A DNA stretch of 64,000 nt from an uncultured delta proteobacterium (GTDB lineage Bacteria > Myxococcota > Myxococcia > SLRQ01). Each line of letters begins with the position of its first letter. Position 1 is the first letter of the stretch. Both the position numbers and the translations under genes were made by a program. Under the pieces are notes generated by a model. The model was not told the origin of the DNA and ran no database searches. It saw nothing but the letters and a program-made list of their open reading frames with translations. Below are positions 63,356-64,000 of the stretch, piece by piece. The stretch is taken from contig CAVSGM010000011.1 in the NCBI GenBank assembly GCA_963727485.1, positions 704,001 to 768,000 on the forward strand. The letters run 5' to 3'.

Positions 63356-64000
63356 CTCGCCCCGTCCCCGGCGAGGAGGGCCTCGAGGGCCTCGGCCTGG
63401 CGCCTGGGGGTCTCGAGGAGCGCGCGGACGGCCTCGTCCCCCGGGTCCCGGAGGAGGTCCCGGGGCGTCCCCAGGCCCACCAGCCGCCCCCCGTCGAGGA
63501 CGGCGATCCGGTCGGCCAGTCGCAGCGCCTCGCTCATGTCGTGGGTCACCATCACCGTCGTCAGCCCCAGGCGATCGTGGAGGCCCCGATAGGCGGCCTG
63601 GAGCCCGTCCCGGGTCACCGGGTCCACCGCCCCGAAGGGCTCGTCCAGGAGCATCACCCTCGGCCGCGCCGCCAGGGCCCGGGCCACGCCCACCCGCTGG
63701 GCCTGCCCCCCGGAGAGCTGGCGCGGCGGGCAATCGCGGTACACCGCCGGGTCGAGGTCCACCAGCTCGAGGAGCGCGTCCACCCGGGCGGCGACCTCGG
63801 CCTCGGCCCAGCCGAGGAGCCGCGGGACCACCGCCACGTTCTCGCCCACGGTCCGGTGGGGGAACAGGCCAATCCCCTGGAAGACGTAGCCGATGCCCCG
63901 GCGCAGGGCCACCGGGTCGGTGGCGGCCACGTCCCGGCCGTCCACGGCGATCCGGCCCCGGGTGGCGTCCACCAGGCGGTTGATCATCTTGAGGGTCGTG
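63352..64000 (-). CDS. Osmoprotectant ABC ATP-binding protein (5' part outside window)
   Basis: TTLKMINRL, GYVFQGIGLFPH, LSGGQAQRVG, LLDEPFGAVD. Confidence 0.9.
   Translation of the reverse strand, partial: TTLKMINRLVDATRGRIAVDGRDVAATDPVALRRGIGYVFQGIGLFPHRTVGENVAVVPRLLGWAEAEVAARVDALLELVDLDPAVYRDCPPRQLSGGQAQRVGVARALAARPRVMLLDEPFGAVDPVTRDGLQAAYRGLHDRLGLTTVMVTHDMSEALRLADRIAVLDGGRLVGLGTPRDLLRDPGDEAVRALLETPRRQAEALEALLAGDGAR

Overview
Very GC-rich bacterial chromosomal DNA. The gene content points to Myxococcota/deltaproteobacteria: RpoH-type sigma, a lid-less Hsp70 with its J-protein, a myxosortase-like CPBP protease, and Ig-repeat and CAP lipoproteins. About 60 genes are present, including smc, a MATE pump, an NtrC-type regulator, paired cation:proton antiporters, ABC systems, a split hydantoinase/oxoprolinase A/B pair, two ECF/zinc anti-sigma modules, a CHASE2 adenylate cyclase operon, speA, a minimal Pil-Chp-like chemosensory cluster, an orphan Flp pilin, rsgA, a PHM-like copper monooxygenase with yqjG, MacAB and an osmoprotectant ABC importer. 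No rRNA, tRNA or CRISPR array was seen. Three observations stand out. (1) An accessory patch at ~31.5-35.7 kb has two ~130-bp direct repeats ending in an IS91/ISCR oriIS-like motif, each abutting a truncated gene, plus an IS91-like transposase tail: a putative non-autonomous rolling-circle gene-capture array. (2) Most of the ~12 frameshifts, and several odd substitutions, fall on GATC. They are probably read/consensus errors caused by a GATC DNA modification, not true pseudogenes. (3) A SPOR-like peptidoglycan-binding module appears to be inserted in the CHASE2 sensor of an adenylate cyclase that lies upstream of SH3 and M48 genes. All calls are by eye from motifs; no database searches were run.
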